Assembly: GCA_030037955.1 (NCBI GenBank)
Contig: JASHPT010000012.1
Span: forward strand, 2,429-66,428
Source of the DNA: Thermoplasmata archaeon
GTDB lineage: Archaea > Thermoplasmatota > Thermoplasmata > Lutacidiplasmatales > UBA184
DNA: 64,000 bases
Reading direction: 5' to 3'
A program made the translations under genes and the position numbers. Shown here piece after piece: positions 38,773 through 49,459 of the stretch (position 1 is the first letter of the stretch; each line of letters starts with the position of its first letter). Below the pieces are notes generated by a model. It was not told the origin of the DNA. It saw nothing but the letters and a program-made list of their open reading frames with translations, and did not search any database.

Positions 38773-39809
38773 CGCGGTGGGTCGTCGAGCGGATGGAGAC
38801 GGCGCTCGACCGGTTCCAGCTCGGGCCGGTGAGCCTGGACCTGTCGCCCGGCTCCGCCGTCGCCGTGCTCGGTCCCTCGGGAGCCGGCAAGACGACGCTG
38901 CTTCGAACGCTCGCGGGCTTCCTCCATCCCCGGCAGGGTCGGATCCTGCGGGATGGCGTCGACATCTCCCGCTGGCTACCGGAGGAACGTGGGCTCGGCT
39001 ACGTCCCCCAGGGGCTCGGCCTCTTCCCGCAGCGGACCGTCGCCCGAAACATCCGGTATCCGTTGGAGATCCGCAACGCGTCCGATGCCGAGTCCCGGAC
39101 GCGGGAGCTCCTGGAGCGGTTCCACCTGAGTGCGCTCGCGGACCGGTACCCCTCGCGGCTGAGCGGAGGGGAGCAACAGCGGGTCGCGATCGCCCGGGCG
39201 CTGGCCGCCGGCCCGAGTCTCGTCGTCTGGGACGAGCCCTGGCAGGGCCTTGACGTGGTCGCACGCTACGAGCTCGGCCAGGTGCTGCACGACCTCCGGG
39301 AAACGGACCGGATCCCGATGGTCGTCGTGACGCACGACCCGTCCCTCGCCTTCTCGGTCGCGGACTCCTTCCTCGTGCTCCACGAGGGCCGCGTGCGGGA
39401 CCAGTGCGACGCCACGGCCCTCCTTCGCGCTCCCTCGGACGCGTTCGCGGCCCGCTTCGTGGGGTTCGAGAACGTCTACGACGCGGACGCCCTCCGAGGC
39501 GGCGCACCGGGGTCGTTCCGAACCTGGCTGCGACAGTGGGCGGGGCCGGAGGGTATCGCCTTCGCGAGCCCGGACCCGTCGGCCGTCGCCCCCGGCGGTC
39601 CCCTGTGGGACACGGTCGTCCGCAGCGCGCGCCCGGGCCCGACCGGGGTGACGATCGAGAGTCGGTGCGACGAGCTCTTGGTCACGCTGCGGGTCGCGCC
39701 GCCCGTGACCCCCCCGCTGCCCGCTCCGGGCACCCGACTCCGGTTCTCCCTTCGGCCGGAGTCTCTGCTCGCCCTGGGACCCGGGGCGTCCCGGGGCGTC
39801 GCGATATGA
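38769..39809 (+). CDS. Mo/W ABC transporter ATP-binding protein
   Basis: GPSGAGKT, LSGGEQQR, DEP, VTHD; ATGA overlap. Confidence 0.9.
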   Translation: MTRWVVERMETALDRFQLGPVSLDLSPGSAVAVLGPSGAGKTTLLRTLAGFLHPRQGRILRDGVDISRWLPEERGLGYVPQGLGLFPQRTVARNIRYPLEIRNASDAESRTRELLERFHLSALADRYPSRLSGGEQQRVAIARALAAGPSLVVWDEPWQGLDVVARYELGQVLHDLRETDRIPMVVVTHDPSLAFSVADSFLVLHEGRVRDQCDATALLRAPSDAFAARFVGFENVYDADALRGGAPGSFRTWLRQWAGPEGIAFASPDPSAVAPGGPLWDTVVRSARPGPTGVTIESRCDELLVTLRVAPPVTPPLPAPGTRLRFSLRPESLLALGPGASRGVAI

Positions 39810-40495
39810 CGCCCCGACACCGGATCGTCACCGACACGGACGTCGCGCTCCTGCAGAGCCTGGCCCACGAGCGGTCCGTGGTCGCCGCCAGCCGGAGGAT
39901 CGGCATCTCCCGGGACCGGGCCGTCTACCGGCTGTCCCGTCTCGGCCAGGCGTTCGGCGGACCGGTCGTCACCGGGGTACGGGGCGGCCGCTCGTTCGGC
40001 GGGAGCCGGCTCACGCCGCTCGGCGACCGGATCGTGCGGGAAGGGTTCGATTCGGTGGAGCTGCTCAAGGCGCGGCCGCTCGCCAACCCCTCCCGGTCGA
40101 ACCTGCTCCATGGCGTCTTCCACCCGGAGCCCTCGCCCACCGTCGTCGTCGGGCCGGGCCTCAAGCTCCGCGTCTCGTTCGTGGCCGAGGAGGCGGAGCC
40201 GGTCTCCCTGCTCCTCGACCCCGAATCGATCCTGGTCGCCCGGGGCCGATTCGCGTCGAGCGCCCGCAACGTGCTCGCCGCGGTCGTCGACGAGATCCGG
40301 CCGGGACCGGGCGCCCACGGCCGGACGGTCCTGGCCCGCGTGGGCCGCGTGTCCCTCCGGGCGTCCGTGACCGAGGAGACGGTCGCCCAGATGCGTCTCG
40401 CGCGCGGCGCGCGGGTCTTCCTGTACGTGAAGGCCACGGCCCTGCGGCGGGTCGGTCTGCCCCGGAAGGCTACTCGCGGATCCCCTCGCCGGTGA
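39806..40495 (+). CDS. ModE-like regulator with TOBE domain
   Basis: [29 protein letters not shown]-terminal VKA. Confidence 0.85.
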   Translation: MTPRHRIVTDTDVALLQSLAHERSVVAASRRIGISRDRAVYRLSRLGQAFGGPVVTGVRGGRSFGGSRLTPLGDRIVREGFDSVELLKARPLANPSRSNLLHGVFHPEPSPTVVVGPGLKLRVSFVAEEAEPVSLLLDPESILVARGRFASSARNVLAAVVDEIRPGPGAHGRTVLARVGRVSLRASVTEETVAQMRLARGARVFLYVKATALRRVGLPRKATRGSPRR

Positions 40496-41471
40496 GCGAG
40501 AAGACGGCCTCCCCTTCGGGCAGGTTGGGAGAATCGATCAGCCGGGCGATCCGCTTGGGCGGCTTCGACTTCCGCAGGTAGACGCGGTACGTCGCGGCGT
40601 GGGCGACGATGTTGCCTCCGATCGGCCGGGTGGGGTCGCCGAAGAGGACGTCCGGACGCGCCGACACCTGGTTCGTCACGACGATGGCGGCGTTGTACGT
40701 CGTGCCGAACCGGAGCAGCTCGTGCAGGTGCCGGTTGAGGAGCTGCTGACGGGGCGCGAGCTCCCCCCGGCCGACGTACTCGCTCCGGAAGTGGGCGGTG
40801 AGCGAGTCGACCACGATCAGGCGGATCGGCCGCTCCCGGGCGAGCTCCTGCGCCTTCGCGACCAGGAGCATCTGGTGATTCGAATTGAACGCCCGGGCGA
40901 TGTGGATCTTCCCCAGGACCTCCTGCGGGTCGAGGCCCACGCCCTTGGCCATGTCGACGATCCGCTCGGGTCGGAACGTCGATTCGGTATCGATGTAGAC
41001 GGTCTCGGAGGCGAGGCCGCCCTGGTCGACCGGGAGCTGAAGGTTGACGGCGATCTGATGCGCGAGCTGGGTCTTGCCGGTCCCGAACTCGCCCGAGAAC
41101 TCGGTGATCGCCTGCGTCTCGACGCCGCCGCCCAGGAGGTCGTCGAGGGACTTGGCTCCCGTCGTGACGCGACCGAGCTTCTGACGACGCTCGAGGAGCG
41201 TGACGCCGCTCTCGAAGCCGCCGACGTCGGCCTGCCGCCGGGCCTCGGCGATGATCTTCTGCGCCGTGGCGGTGCCGATCTCGGCCGCCTCCGCGACATC
41301 GCCGGGAGAGGCCACGGCGAGCTCCATGAGGTCGGTGTATCCCGCCTCCCGGAGCTTGTCGGCAATCGCTCCCCCGACCCCGGACAGGTCCTCGAGCGCG
41401 ACGGCGGGACGCGCGTCGGCGCTCTCCTCCTCCCCGGACTCGGTGGTACGGGGCCTCGCCTTGGCGGACAC
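40470..41471 (-). CDS. radA: DNA repair and recombination protein RadA
   Basis: [46 protein letters not shown]. Confidence 0.97.
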   Translation of the reverse strand: MSAKARPRTTESGEEESADARPAVALEDLSGVGGAIADKLREAGYTDLMELAVASPGDVAEAAEIGTATAQKIIAEARRQADVGGFESGVTLLERRQKLGRVTTGAKSLDDLLGGGVETQAITEFSGEFGTGKTQLAHQIAVNLQLPVDQGGLASETVYIDTESTFRPERIVDMAKGVGLDPQEVLGKIHIARAFNSNHQMLLVAKAQELARERPIRLIVVDSLTAHFRSEYVGRGELAPRQQLLNRHLHELLRFGTTYNAAIVVTNQVSARPDVLFGDPTRPIGGNIVAHAATYRVYLRKSKPPKRIARLIDSPNLPEGEAVFSLTGEGIRE

Positions 41472-41572
41472 GCCCTCGGCATCGGGGCGCGTGGGATAAC
41501 GCCTGTGGAGAGGGGATGAAACGGGTGGAAGGTGTCCGGGCCGGACCGGAGGGTGCCCGACGTCGTACCGGT

Positions 41573-42535
41573 CTACATCGGGGTGAACGGGACGCCGGTC
41601 AGGCGCTGGAAGACGGTCGTGTAGAGGCGGCTGACCTCGTCGACCAGGAGCGGGGGCAGGGGCGGGATGGGCGGCTCTTCCCGGTGGCCGTTCCGGGCCG
41701 CCGTCAACTGGTCGTAGTAGCCGGTCGTGCGATAGTGCTGACGGACAAACTCCTTCGAGAAGTCGACGGTCCGGCCCCGCTCGTAGGCGTCCTTGTCCCA
41801 GAACCGGTCCTCGTCGGCGGTGCCAAACGTGTCGACGACCATCAACCGGCCGTCGGAGTCGATCCCGAACTCCTTCTTGCCGTCGACATGGAGCAGTCCC
41901 CGGGGCTCGATCTCGGAGGCGAGTCCCCGGTCGATCTTGAGGCACATCTCCCGGATCTCGTCGAGCTGCTTGCGGTCGATGGCGGCGAGCTCGAGCGCCT
42001 CCGGGATCCCGAGCGGGCGGTCGACCGGCTCGAGCTTGGTCGTGAGCTCGAAGAACGGCTCGGGAAGCTGCGCCCCGTACTCGACGGTCTTCGACTTGGG
42101 ATATCCCAGGGCCTCGGGCCGGACGCTGCCGGCCTTGATCCGGTCCCAGATCGAGCCGGCGATGTAGTAGCGGACGATCACCTCGAGGGGCACGAGGTAG
42201 TTCTTGGGCCGGGGACCGAGGGTCCGCGGTTTCGGCACCACCTGGACCCGACGCACGCGCATCGAGGTCGGCGACGAGAGGCGCAGGAAGTGATGCGGCA
42301 CCTTCTGCCGGGTGCAGAGCTCGAACCAGAACGCCGCGGTCCGGGCGAGGGTCTCGCCCTTGTGCGGGATCTCGCTCGGGATGTGCTTGTCGAAGACCGA
42401 GATGTCGTTCGTGAAGCGGAACTCGAGCTCGGTCGGGGAGACCTCGTAGATCTCCTTGACCTTTCCCCGACGCAGGTAGCGGGGTTCGGCGGTCGGGGCC
42501 GGGGATGCGGGCTCACTCCGGGATGCGCGCGGCAT
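41573..42535 (-). CDS. purC: SAICAR synthetase
   Basis: GKVKEIY, ISVFD, PLEVIVR, DGKKEFG, DEDRFW, SKEFVR. Confidence 0.95.
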   Translation of the reverse strand: MPRASRSEPASPAPTAEPRYLRRGKVKEIYEVSPTELEFRFTNDISVFDKHIPSEIPHKGETLARTAAFWFELCTRQKVPHHFLRLSSPTSMRVRRVQVVPKPRTLGPRPKNYLVPLEVIVRYYIAGSIWDRIKAGSVRPEALGYPKSKTVEYGAQLPEPFFELTTKLEPVDRPLGIPEALELAAIDRKQLDEIREMCLKIDRGLASEIEPRGLLHVDGKKEFGIDSDGRLMVVDTFGTADEDRFWDKDAYERGRTVDFSKEFVRQHYRTTGYYDQLTAARNGHREEPPIPPLPPLLVDEVSRLYTTVFQRLTGVPFTPM

Positions 42536-42599
42536 GACACCGCGTTCGACCCGGCCCTCCTACATAGGCTTCGCGGGCCGACGGGTCCGGCGGCCGGCG

Positions 42600-44045
42600 C
42601 TAGGGAGCGGACGGGGGGCTCGGCGGCCGCCCGGTCTGGGGCGGCGGCGGGTTGTCGATCGCAGGCGCCAGCCGGAACGCCCGGCCCTGTCGCGCCGCGG
42701 GCATCCGCTCCGCCAGCTCGGCTCGGCTCTCCGGCGTGCTCCGCCAGGCCCAGAGGGCGCCCAGCGGCGAGACCAGCGTCGTGAGCAGTCCGACCAGAAC
42801 CACGATCGTGAACAGGCGCACCGAGAGGACCTTGTCCGCGAGGAGCAGCACGGCGATCGCGAGCTCCACCGCGCCCCGGCTCGTGAGCAGGAAACCCCCG
42901 GCGACGGAGTCCGGTCCCGAGAACTTGAGTACGCCCCGCAGGAAGATCGCGCCGGTCCCGAGCTTGGAGACGAGGGCCATGACCAGCAGGACGCCGACCA
43001 CGCCGAGGACCGCGACCCCCCCGAGCTCGGCGAGGTCCATCTCGACCCCGACCAGCGCGAAGAAGATCGGGATGAAGAACATCCAGGTCATCGTCGTGAA
43101 GATCGACACGAAGGAGGCATACGGGCCCGTCTCGGGCACGGGCTGGCTGATGAGCCGGCCCGTGGGGTCGAAGGTCGAGACGAAGGTCCGGGACTCCCGG
43201 GCCGGTCCTCCCATGGCCTGCGCCACCAGCAGTCCCGCGTAGAACGCTCCCACCAGGTACGTGAGGCCCAGGACCTGCGAGTAGAGCGCCGCCCCGAGCG
43301 CCATCGCCATGAGGATGGCGAAGCCGGCCTCCCGCGAGCGCCAGAGGTTTCCCATCCGGTTCGGCGTCCGACGCCACCAGCCGCTGGCCCGGATGAGGGT
43401 CACGATGCGGCTGGTCGCGAGGATCACGCCGAGGAACAGGCCGAGCTCGACGAGCGCGATCACGATCGCCGCGAGGTCGGAGTGGTTGGCGTTCCGAAGC
43501 TGGAGCAGGATCGCGAAGACCGTGACCGCGGTGAGTTCGTTGACGAGCGCGGCGCTCATCACGAGGTTGCCCAGCCGCCGGCCGGTGAGCCCGAACTCGG
43601 AGACCATGATCCCCATCACGGGGAGCGCGGTGATCGAGAGCGTCAGCGCAACGAAGAGGTCGGTCGTCGCGGCGAGTCCGGGCTCCAGCCAGGCGATCAC
43701 CCCGGCGCCGACGCCGAAGGGGATGGCGAAGATCGTCACCCCGAGGATGGCGGTGGTCGCCTTCATCCGGGTGAATTCGTCGGGGTTGACGTGCAGCCCG
43801 GCCATGAAGAGAATGAAGAACGTGGCCAGGAACTGGATCCCCGTGAGCTCGGCCGGCAGCGTCGAGGTGCTCAGGCCGATGTACGGGCCCAGGAGGGTGG
43901 GTCCCAGGACGATCCCCACGAGCAGCTGGCCGACCAGGGGCACGAGGCCGACCCGGCTCGCGACCTCGCCGGCCGCGATCGCCGCGAGCAAGAGGAGAAA
44001 CAGCTGGACGAGAAAGTCGTCCGCCGGCGGCACGAGGTTGATCAT
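42600..44045 (-). CDS. cation:proton antiporter (CPA2/Kef-type)
   Basis: Many TM helices; LVGIVLGP, LSITALPV, GAF.AG, FIPIFF, SRGAVEL. Confidence 0.88.
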   Translation of the reverse strand: MINLVPPADDFLVQLFLLLLAAIAAGEVASRVGLVPLVGQLLVGIVLGPTLLGPYIGLSTSTLPAELTGIQFLATFFILFMAGLHVNPDEFTRMKATTAILGVTIFAIPFGVGAGVIAWLEPGLAATTDLFVALTLSITALPVMGIMVSEFGLTGRRLGNLVMSAALVNELTAVTVFAILLQLRNANHSDLAAIVIALVELGLFLGVILATSRIVTLIRASGWWRRTPNRMGNLWRSREAGFAILMAMALGAALYSQVLGLTYLVGAFYAGLLVAQAMGGPARESRTFVSTFDPTGRLISQPVPETGPYASFVSIFTTMTWMFFIPIFFALVGVEMDLAELGGVAVLGVVGVLLVMALVSKLGTGAIFLRGVLKFSGPDSVAGGFLLTSRGAVELAIAVLLLADKVLSVRLFTIVVLVGLLTTLVSPLGALWAWRSTPESRAELAERMPAARQGRAFRLAPAIDNPPPPQTGRPPSPPSAP

Positions 44046-44123
44046 CGAGTCCCGGGGGCGACCCGACGGTGGAGCCTTAAACCCACCGTCGGAGCGCCGA
44101 CCGATCCGCGAACTCCGGACGCC

Positions 44124-44657
44124 CTACAGGATCCGGGCGTGGTGGGCCGTGATCGGCCGGAACCCGCACTTGGCGTAGAAGCGGCCGGCGATCTCGTTCT
44201 GGGCCGGGAACTCGACCGTCACGATGCCGGCCCCGCGCTCCTTGAGCTCGCCGATCGTGTGCTCGACGAGGTACTGCCCGGCGCCGTGGCGGCGATAGAG
44301 CGGGAGCAGGTAGATGTCGAGAATGATGCCCTCGGTCTCCGGCATGTAGAACGGCCGCTCGCGGATCGCCGCCCGGACGACGCCGATGACCTTCCCCCGG
44401 TCCGGACCGGTGCCCTCGGCCGCGAGCACGAGGGCGTTCGGGTTCTGGATCTCCGAGCGGAGGATGGACTCGGCCTGCCCTTCGACGTCGGGACGGACCT
44501 TGAGCATCGGGTCGAATTCCTCGTTGAGCCGCTTCAGTCGGACCAGGAGGGGAACGAGGGCAGGCACGTCGGACTCGGTCGCGCGGCGAACATGGACCGG
44601 CGCCGGGGTTCGGTTCTCGGGATGGGTCTCTTTCGGCAGCGGGGTGCTTCGCTTCAT
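44124..44657 (-). CDS. GNAT family N-acetyltransferase
   Basis: VRRATESD, YRRHGAG, N..A.RFY.KCGF; ATGA overlap with malic enzyme. Confidence 0.85.
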   Translation of the reverse strand: MKRSTPLPKETHPENRTPAPVHVRRATESDVPALVPLLVRLKRLNEEFDPMLKVRPDVEGQAESILRSEIQNPNALVLAAEGTGPDRGKVIGVVRAAIRERPFYMPETEGIILDIYLLPLYRRHGAGQYLVEHTIGELKERGAGIVTVEFPAQNEIAGRFYAKCGFRPITAHHARIL

Positions 44658-46078
44658 CTCGACTTCCTGGACGGAACGGGTTCGTCCGGCATCGGTGCCA
44701 CGAGGTGGGAGGCTTCGAGGGCCTGCGCCAAGGCGGCCGGGCGCGCCATGAGGTCCCTCGCCCGGGCGTAGAACTCGTCCCGCGAGGCCTTCACCCGGGC
44801 GATCCCCAGCTTGACGGCGGCCTGGGCGACGGCGGCGGCGACGTGGGGAAACACCTCCCGCTCGTCCATGGTCGGCAGGAGATGGTCCGGCGAGATCCGG
44901 TCGGTCACGGCGGCGAGCTCCTGGGCCGCGGCGATCACGACCTCGTCCGGGATCGACCGCGCCCGGGCGTCCAGCACGCCCCGGAAGACGCACGGGAAGA
45001 TGAGCGAGTTGTTCACCTGATTCGGGAAGTCGCTGCGGCCGGTCGCAACGATGGCGGCACCGGCGGCGTGGGCGTCGGCGGGCCAGATCTCGGGCAGCGG
45101 GTTCGCGAGCGCGAACACGATCGGACGGGGCGCCATCGACTGGACCCACTCGGGCCGTATCGTACCGGGCTGGGGCGTCGAGGCCGCCAGCACCACATCG
45201 GCGCCGGCCATCGCATCGGCCACCGTCCCGCGTCGACCGCCGCCGTCGGTCTCGAGCGCCACGCGGTACTTCCACCGGTTGTGGAGCTGCATCTCGTCGA
45301 TGTCGGCCCGTTCGGCATGGAGGATGCCGCGGCTGTCCACGACGGTGATCGAGTGGGGGTCATGGCCCATCCGGATCAGGAGGCGCACGGTGACCAGGTT
45401 GGCGGCGCCGGCGCCCAGCAGGACCGTCCGCGTCGAGGAGATCGTCCGGCCGGTCAGGGCGAGGGCGTTGATGAGACCGGCCAGCGTCGCAGCGGCCGTC
45501 CCGAGCTGGTCATCGTGCCAGACCGGTATCGGTAGCCGACGCTGAAGCTCCTCGAGCACCTGGAAGCACTTCGGCGAGGCGATGTCCTCCAGGTTGATCC
45601 CGCCGAAGGCCGGGGCGATGCGAAGCGCCGTGTCGATCAGCGCCTCGGGCGTCGCGACATCGACGGGGAGCGCGACCGCGTCGACCCCTCCGAGATACTT
45701 GAACAGCAGCGCCTTCCCTTCCATCACGGGGAGCGCGGCCTGCGGCCCGATGTTCCCGAGGCCGAGGACCCGGCTGCCGTCCGTGAGGATGGCGATCGTG
45801 TTCCATCGACCGGTGAGGTCCAGCGACCGGCTGGGGTCCTTCTCGATCTCCCGCGAGACGGCCGCGATGCCCGGGGTGTACCAGAGCGAGAAGTCCTTGA
45901 GGCTCCGCACGGGCACCTTGGGCACGGTCTCGATCTTGCCCCGGTAGTACTGCGCGAGGCGCACGGCCCGTTCGTTGAGCGCCTCGGTCTGGCTCGCCTC
46001 CGCCTCGGCCGACTCCGCCGGGGGCGCCGCCGGTGGAGCGGCCGGCTTCCGAGACCGCGGGGGCACCGCCTCGTCCAT
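44654..46078 (-). CDS. NAD(P)-dependent malic enzyme
   Basis: YTPG, TDGSRVLGLG, PVMEGKA, INLEDI, HDDQ.GT, GAGAA, ATGRSDFPNQVNN. Confidence 0.95.
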   Translation of the reverse strand: MDEAVPPRSRKPAAPPAAPPAESAEAEASQTEALNERAVRLAQYYRGKIETVPKVPVRSLKDFSLWYTPGIAAVSREIEKDPSRSLDLTGRWNTIAILTDGSRVLGLGNIGPQAALPVMEGKALLFKYLGGVDAVALPVDVATPEALIDTALRIAPAFGGINLEDIASPKCFQVLEELQRRLPIPVWHDDQLGTAAATLAGLINALALTGRTISSTRTVLLGAGAANLVTVRLLIRMGHDPHSITVVDSRGILHAERADIDEMQLHNRWKYRVALETDGGGRRGTVADAMAGADVVLAASTPQPGTIRPEWVQSMAPRPIVFALANPLPEIWPADAHAAGAAIVATGRSDFPNQVNNSLIFPCVFRGVLDARARSIPDEVVIAAAQELAAVTDRISPDHLLPTMDEREVFPHVAAAVAQAAVKLGIARVKASRDEFYARARDLMARPAALAQALEASHLVAPMPDEPVPSRKSR

Positions 46079-46186
46079 GACGAACGTTGGGACGACCCTA
46101 CCCCCTTTAATCATTCGGTCAACCGCGAACGATTCTATCGACAGTTGACGACCTCCGGGGCTGCGGCGGCCGTCCGTCGGGCCCTC

Positions 46187-47641
46187 TCAGGAGGTCCCCG
46201 ACCCCTTCTCCGGGCTCGGGTCGGACCAGTACTCGCGGCCCCGGAGCGCGGCGGGGATCAGCGCGACCAGCAGGAGGGCGGCCGAGACCGCGAAGACCGA
46301 GTGCGTGGCATCCAGGAAGTGCGAGATCGCCGTCGGCGGGATGATCGCGTGGGCGGTGCCGAGGAAGATCGCGCTCAGAGCGCCTACCGGGAGCGCGTTC
46401 GCCATCACGAGGATGGCGAGGCCCAAGCTGAGGGTGGAGCCGCTGTTGATGAGCGTGGTCCCGATCCCCCCCGCGACCCCCCGCCGGTCGGGCGGGACCG
46501 AGCTCATCATCGACGCGCGGTTCGGAGAGGCGAACAGGCCCATCCCCGCTCCCACGAGGATGAACGGTCCCACGAGCTGGAGGAACCCGGTCGTCGGGCC
46601 GATCTGCGTCAACCACACGAACCCGACGGCCGAGGTGATCAGCCCTAAGACGGCGAACGGCCGGGAGCCGTACCGGTCGGAGAGGGTGCCGCTGATGGGG
46701 CCGAGCGTCGCGAGGGAGGCCGAGACCGGCACCAGATAGAGGCCGGCGGTGAGCGGGCTCAGGTAGTGCGGCGGCCCCTGCAGGTAGAACACCATCACGA
46801 AGGAGAACGCTCCCCGGGCGAGGGCGTTCAAGAAGATGGCTGCGAGCGACGCGGAGAACATCCGGATCCGCAGCAGCGAGAGGTCGAACATCGGGTGACG
46901 GACCCGTCGCTCGATCCCCACGAAGAGCACCAAAAGCCCGGCCCCGAGGACGAGCAGCCCCACGAACAGCGTCTCGGACACCTGGCCGAGGGCGTAGAGG
47001 GTGACGGCGAGGAGGACGGACGCCAGCCCTCCGGCGAAGGAGAGGTTCCCGACCCAGTCGACAGTGTGTTCCTTCTGGGGTCTCGCGAGCTCCCGCAGAC
47101 CGGTGTAGGCCCGCCAGGTCGCGATCATGCCGATCGGGACGTTGACGTAGAAGATCGACCGCCAGCCGAGGAGGGAGGTGAGGATGCCTCCGAGCACCAG
47201 CCCGGTCACGGCGCCCGCGACGATCGAGACCTGGTTGATTCCGAGCGCGCGTCCCCGTTCGTTGGGCGGGAACGCATCGGTGATGATCGCGGCGGCGTTG
47301 GCGAACAGGAAGCCGGCCCCCACGGACTGGACCAACCGGAAGAGCACGAGCTCGGTACCGGTCTGGGAGAGGCCGCACAGCGCCGAGCCGACGGTGAAGA
47401 TCGCGAACCCGATGACATACAACCGGACCCGTCCGAACATGTCCCCCAGACGCCCGAAGTTGAGCAGGATCACCGAGGTGGAGAGTGCGTAGCCGAGCAG
47501 GATCCAGAGCAGCACGAAGACGGAGGTTCCGGGCAGCTCCCGTGCGATCGTCGGAAGCGCGATGATCACGATGTTGGAATCGAGCGACGCCATCAGCGTC
47601 CCGACCGTGGTGTTCGAGAGCACGACCCACTTGTACTGCAC
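46187..47641 (-). CDS. MFS transporter (DHA2/EmrB-QacA-like)
   Basis: D.NIVIIALP, GRLGDMFGR, WRSIFYVNVP; about 14 TM helices. Confidence 0.9.
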   Translation of the reverse strand: MQYKWVVLSNTTVGTLMASLDSNIVIIALPTIARELPGTSVFVLLWILLGYALSTSVILLNFGRLGDMFGRVRLYVIGFAIFTVGSALCGLSQTGTELVLFRLVQSVGAGFLFANAAAIITDAFPPNERGRALGINQVSIVAGAVTGLVLGGILTSLLGWRSIFYVNVPIGMIATWRAYTGLRELARPQKEHTVDWVGNLSFAGGLASVLLAVTLYALGQVSETLFVGLLVLGAGLLVLFVGIERRVRHPMFDLSLLRIRMFSASLAAIFLNALARGAFSFVMVFYLQGPPHYLSPLTAGLYLVPVSASLATLGPISGTLSDRYGSRPFAVLGLITSAVGFVWLTQIGPTTGFLQLVGPFILVGAGMGLFASPNRASMMSSVPPDRRGVAGGIGTTLINSGSTLSLGLAILVMANALPVGALSAIFLGTAHAIIPPTAISHFLDATHSVFAVSAALLLVALIPAALRGREYWSDPSPEKGSGTS

Positions 47642-47749
47642 CGGGCTGTCACCGCCTCCCGACGCGTCGGCCGCGACCGCCGACGTTCCCCCGACACTCC
47701 CTCCGTCCGTCTGCGTCCGACCGGACCGCGGCGACCGCCGCCACGCCGG

Positions 47750-48190
47750 TCACGTCAGCGAGGGCTGGTACCCCGAGATGTCGGCGGAGATCCGGTCGAT
47801 GTACGGGCGGAACGCTCGGATCACGTCCTTGGAGGTGATCATCCCGACGACGCGGCCCTGCTGCGTCACCACCATCCGGCGGACCTCCTCCCGGGCCATC
47901 CGCTCGATGACCTCATGGGTCGGAGTCTCCGTCTCGCAGGTCGCCACCGGGGAGGATGCGATCGCCGACACCGGCGTGCCGGCCGGGTCGGCCCCCTTGG
48001 CCACGACCTTGGCCAGGAAGTCCCATTCCGTGACGATCCCCTGGAGCTGGCTCCCCTGCACGAGGACGGCGTACCCCTTCCGGCTCTCGGCCATCCGCCG
48101 GGCGCAATCGAACGCGCTCGTCGACGGCTCGACGCTCAGCACGTCGGCGTGCATTATGTCACGAGCTTTCACTACCACGGGGGACGCCAC
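47750..48190 (-). CDS. CBS-domain protein
   Basis: KARDIM, GIVTEWD, VGMITSKD. Confidence 0.88.
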   Translation of the reverse strand: MASPVVVKARDIMHADVLSVEPSTSAFDCARRMAESRKGYAVLVQGSQLQGIVTEWDFLAKVVAKGADPAGTPVSAIASSPVATCETETPTHEVIERMAREEVRRMVVTQQGRVVGMITSKDVIRAFRPYIDRISADISGYQPSLT

Positions 48191-48284
48191 GGCCCCGGAG
48201 GCCTAAATCTCTCGCCCGTGCATGTCCCCCGCCGGTTTTGTTCCGAATCTTTCTTAGGCGCCGACCCGCGTATGCAACGAAGAG

Positions 48285-49358
48285 ATGCGAGAGGCGACCC
48301 CCCACCCGTACCCCCACCCGGTCGAACCGGAGCGGGTGGCGATCATCTCCCCGGACGAGCTCAAGGTCCGGCTCGACGGCCCCTCGCCGCCCTTCCTGCT
48401 CGACGTGCGCGTCAAGCCCGGACGGGACCTGGCGCACCTTCCCAACGATCACCACATACCGCTCACCGAGCTCGACCATCGGCTTGGCGAACTCCCGCGC
48501 AACCGGTCGATCGTCGTGTACTGTCAGTTCGGTGCCCGCGCTCGACAGGGCGCGGAGCTTCTGACACGGCGGGGGTTCCGGGACGTGGTCGCGCTCGAGG
48601 GCGGTCTCGACGAGTACTCCCGACGGATCGACCCGTCGATCCCGCGATACTGGACGACCCCCACCGCCGGGCAGCTCGTGCTCGAGCCGTTTCCTCGGCT
48701 CGACGCGGGCTGTCTCACGTACCTGCTCGCGGACCCGGTGGAGGAGGAGGCCGTCCTCATCGACCCCGGCCTCACCGTCGCCCCGTACCTGGACGTTCTG
48801 TCCCGCCGGAACTGGACGCTCACGGCGGTCATCGAGACCCACACCCACGCGGACCATCTCGCCGGGCACCACGAGCTGCATCGACGCACCGGTGCACCGA
48901 TCGTGGTGGGCGCCCACTCGCCGGCGGCGTATCCGCATCGGACCCTCGCCGATGGTGAGGCCTGGACCGTCGGTCGCGAGGAGATCGTCGTGCTCGAGAC
49001 GCCCGGGCACACCCGGGACCACATCACGCTCCATGCGGGTCCCGCGCTGTTCACCGGCGACACGCTGCTCATCGGCTCCTGCGGACGGACCGACCTCGGC
49101 GATGGCGACCCGGACCGGCTCTACGACAGCCTCACGGAGAAGATCCTTCGGCTCCCCGCGGAGACCGAGGTGCTCCCGGCGCACTACGGGCCCCGCCACG
49201 CCCTGCCCGACCGATACGTCTCTTCGCTCGCCTACGAGCGGGCGACGAACGAAGCGCTCCGACTGCCGACGCGGGAGGCGTTCCGCACCTACATGACCGA
49301 TGGATGGCCGCCCAAGCCCCGAGACTTCGACAGCATCGTCGCGGCGAACCTCCGCTGA
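48285..49358 (+). CDS. rhodanese / MBL-fold persulfide-dioxygenase-like fusion
   Basis: LLDVR, VYCQFG.R, LEGG; then IDP, ETHTHADH, TPGHT, FTGDTL, GRTD, PAH. Confidence 0.85.
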   Translation: MREATPHPYPHPVEPERVAIISPDELKVRLDGPSPPFLLDVRVKPGRDLAHLPNDHHIPLTELDHRLGELPRNRSIVVYCQFGARARQGAELLTRRGFRDVVALEGGLDEYSRRIDPSIPRYWTTPTAGQLVLEPFPRLDAGCLTYLLADPVEEEAVLIDPGLTVAPYLDVLSRRNWTLTAVIETHTHADHLAGHHELHRRTGAPIVVGAHSPAAYPHRTLADGEAWTVGREEIVVLETPGHTRDHITLHAGPALFTGDTLLIGSCGRTDLGDGDPDRLYDSLTEKILRLPAETEVLPAHYGPRHALPDRYVSSLAYERATNEALRLPTREAFRTYMTDGWPPKPRDFDSIVAANLR

Positions 49359-49459
49359 ACGTCGGGACGGTTTCCCGCAACGCAACCGACTTTCTCTCGG
49401 CGCACGCGGCTCCGAAACGACACGGTTAAAGTGGGAGCGGGGCTCGCGGAGGCTCCGCG

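Noticed and set aside
39781-39800. Direct repeat CCGGGGCGTC x2
   Set aside because: Only two short GC-rich copies inside a coding tail; likely chance
46118-46149. GTCAAC...GTTGAC inverted repeat upstream of the malic enzyme gene
   Set aside because: Only 6 bp with a long spacer and no adjacent regulator; too weak to call
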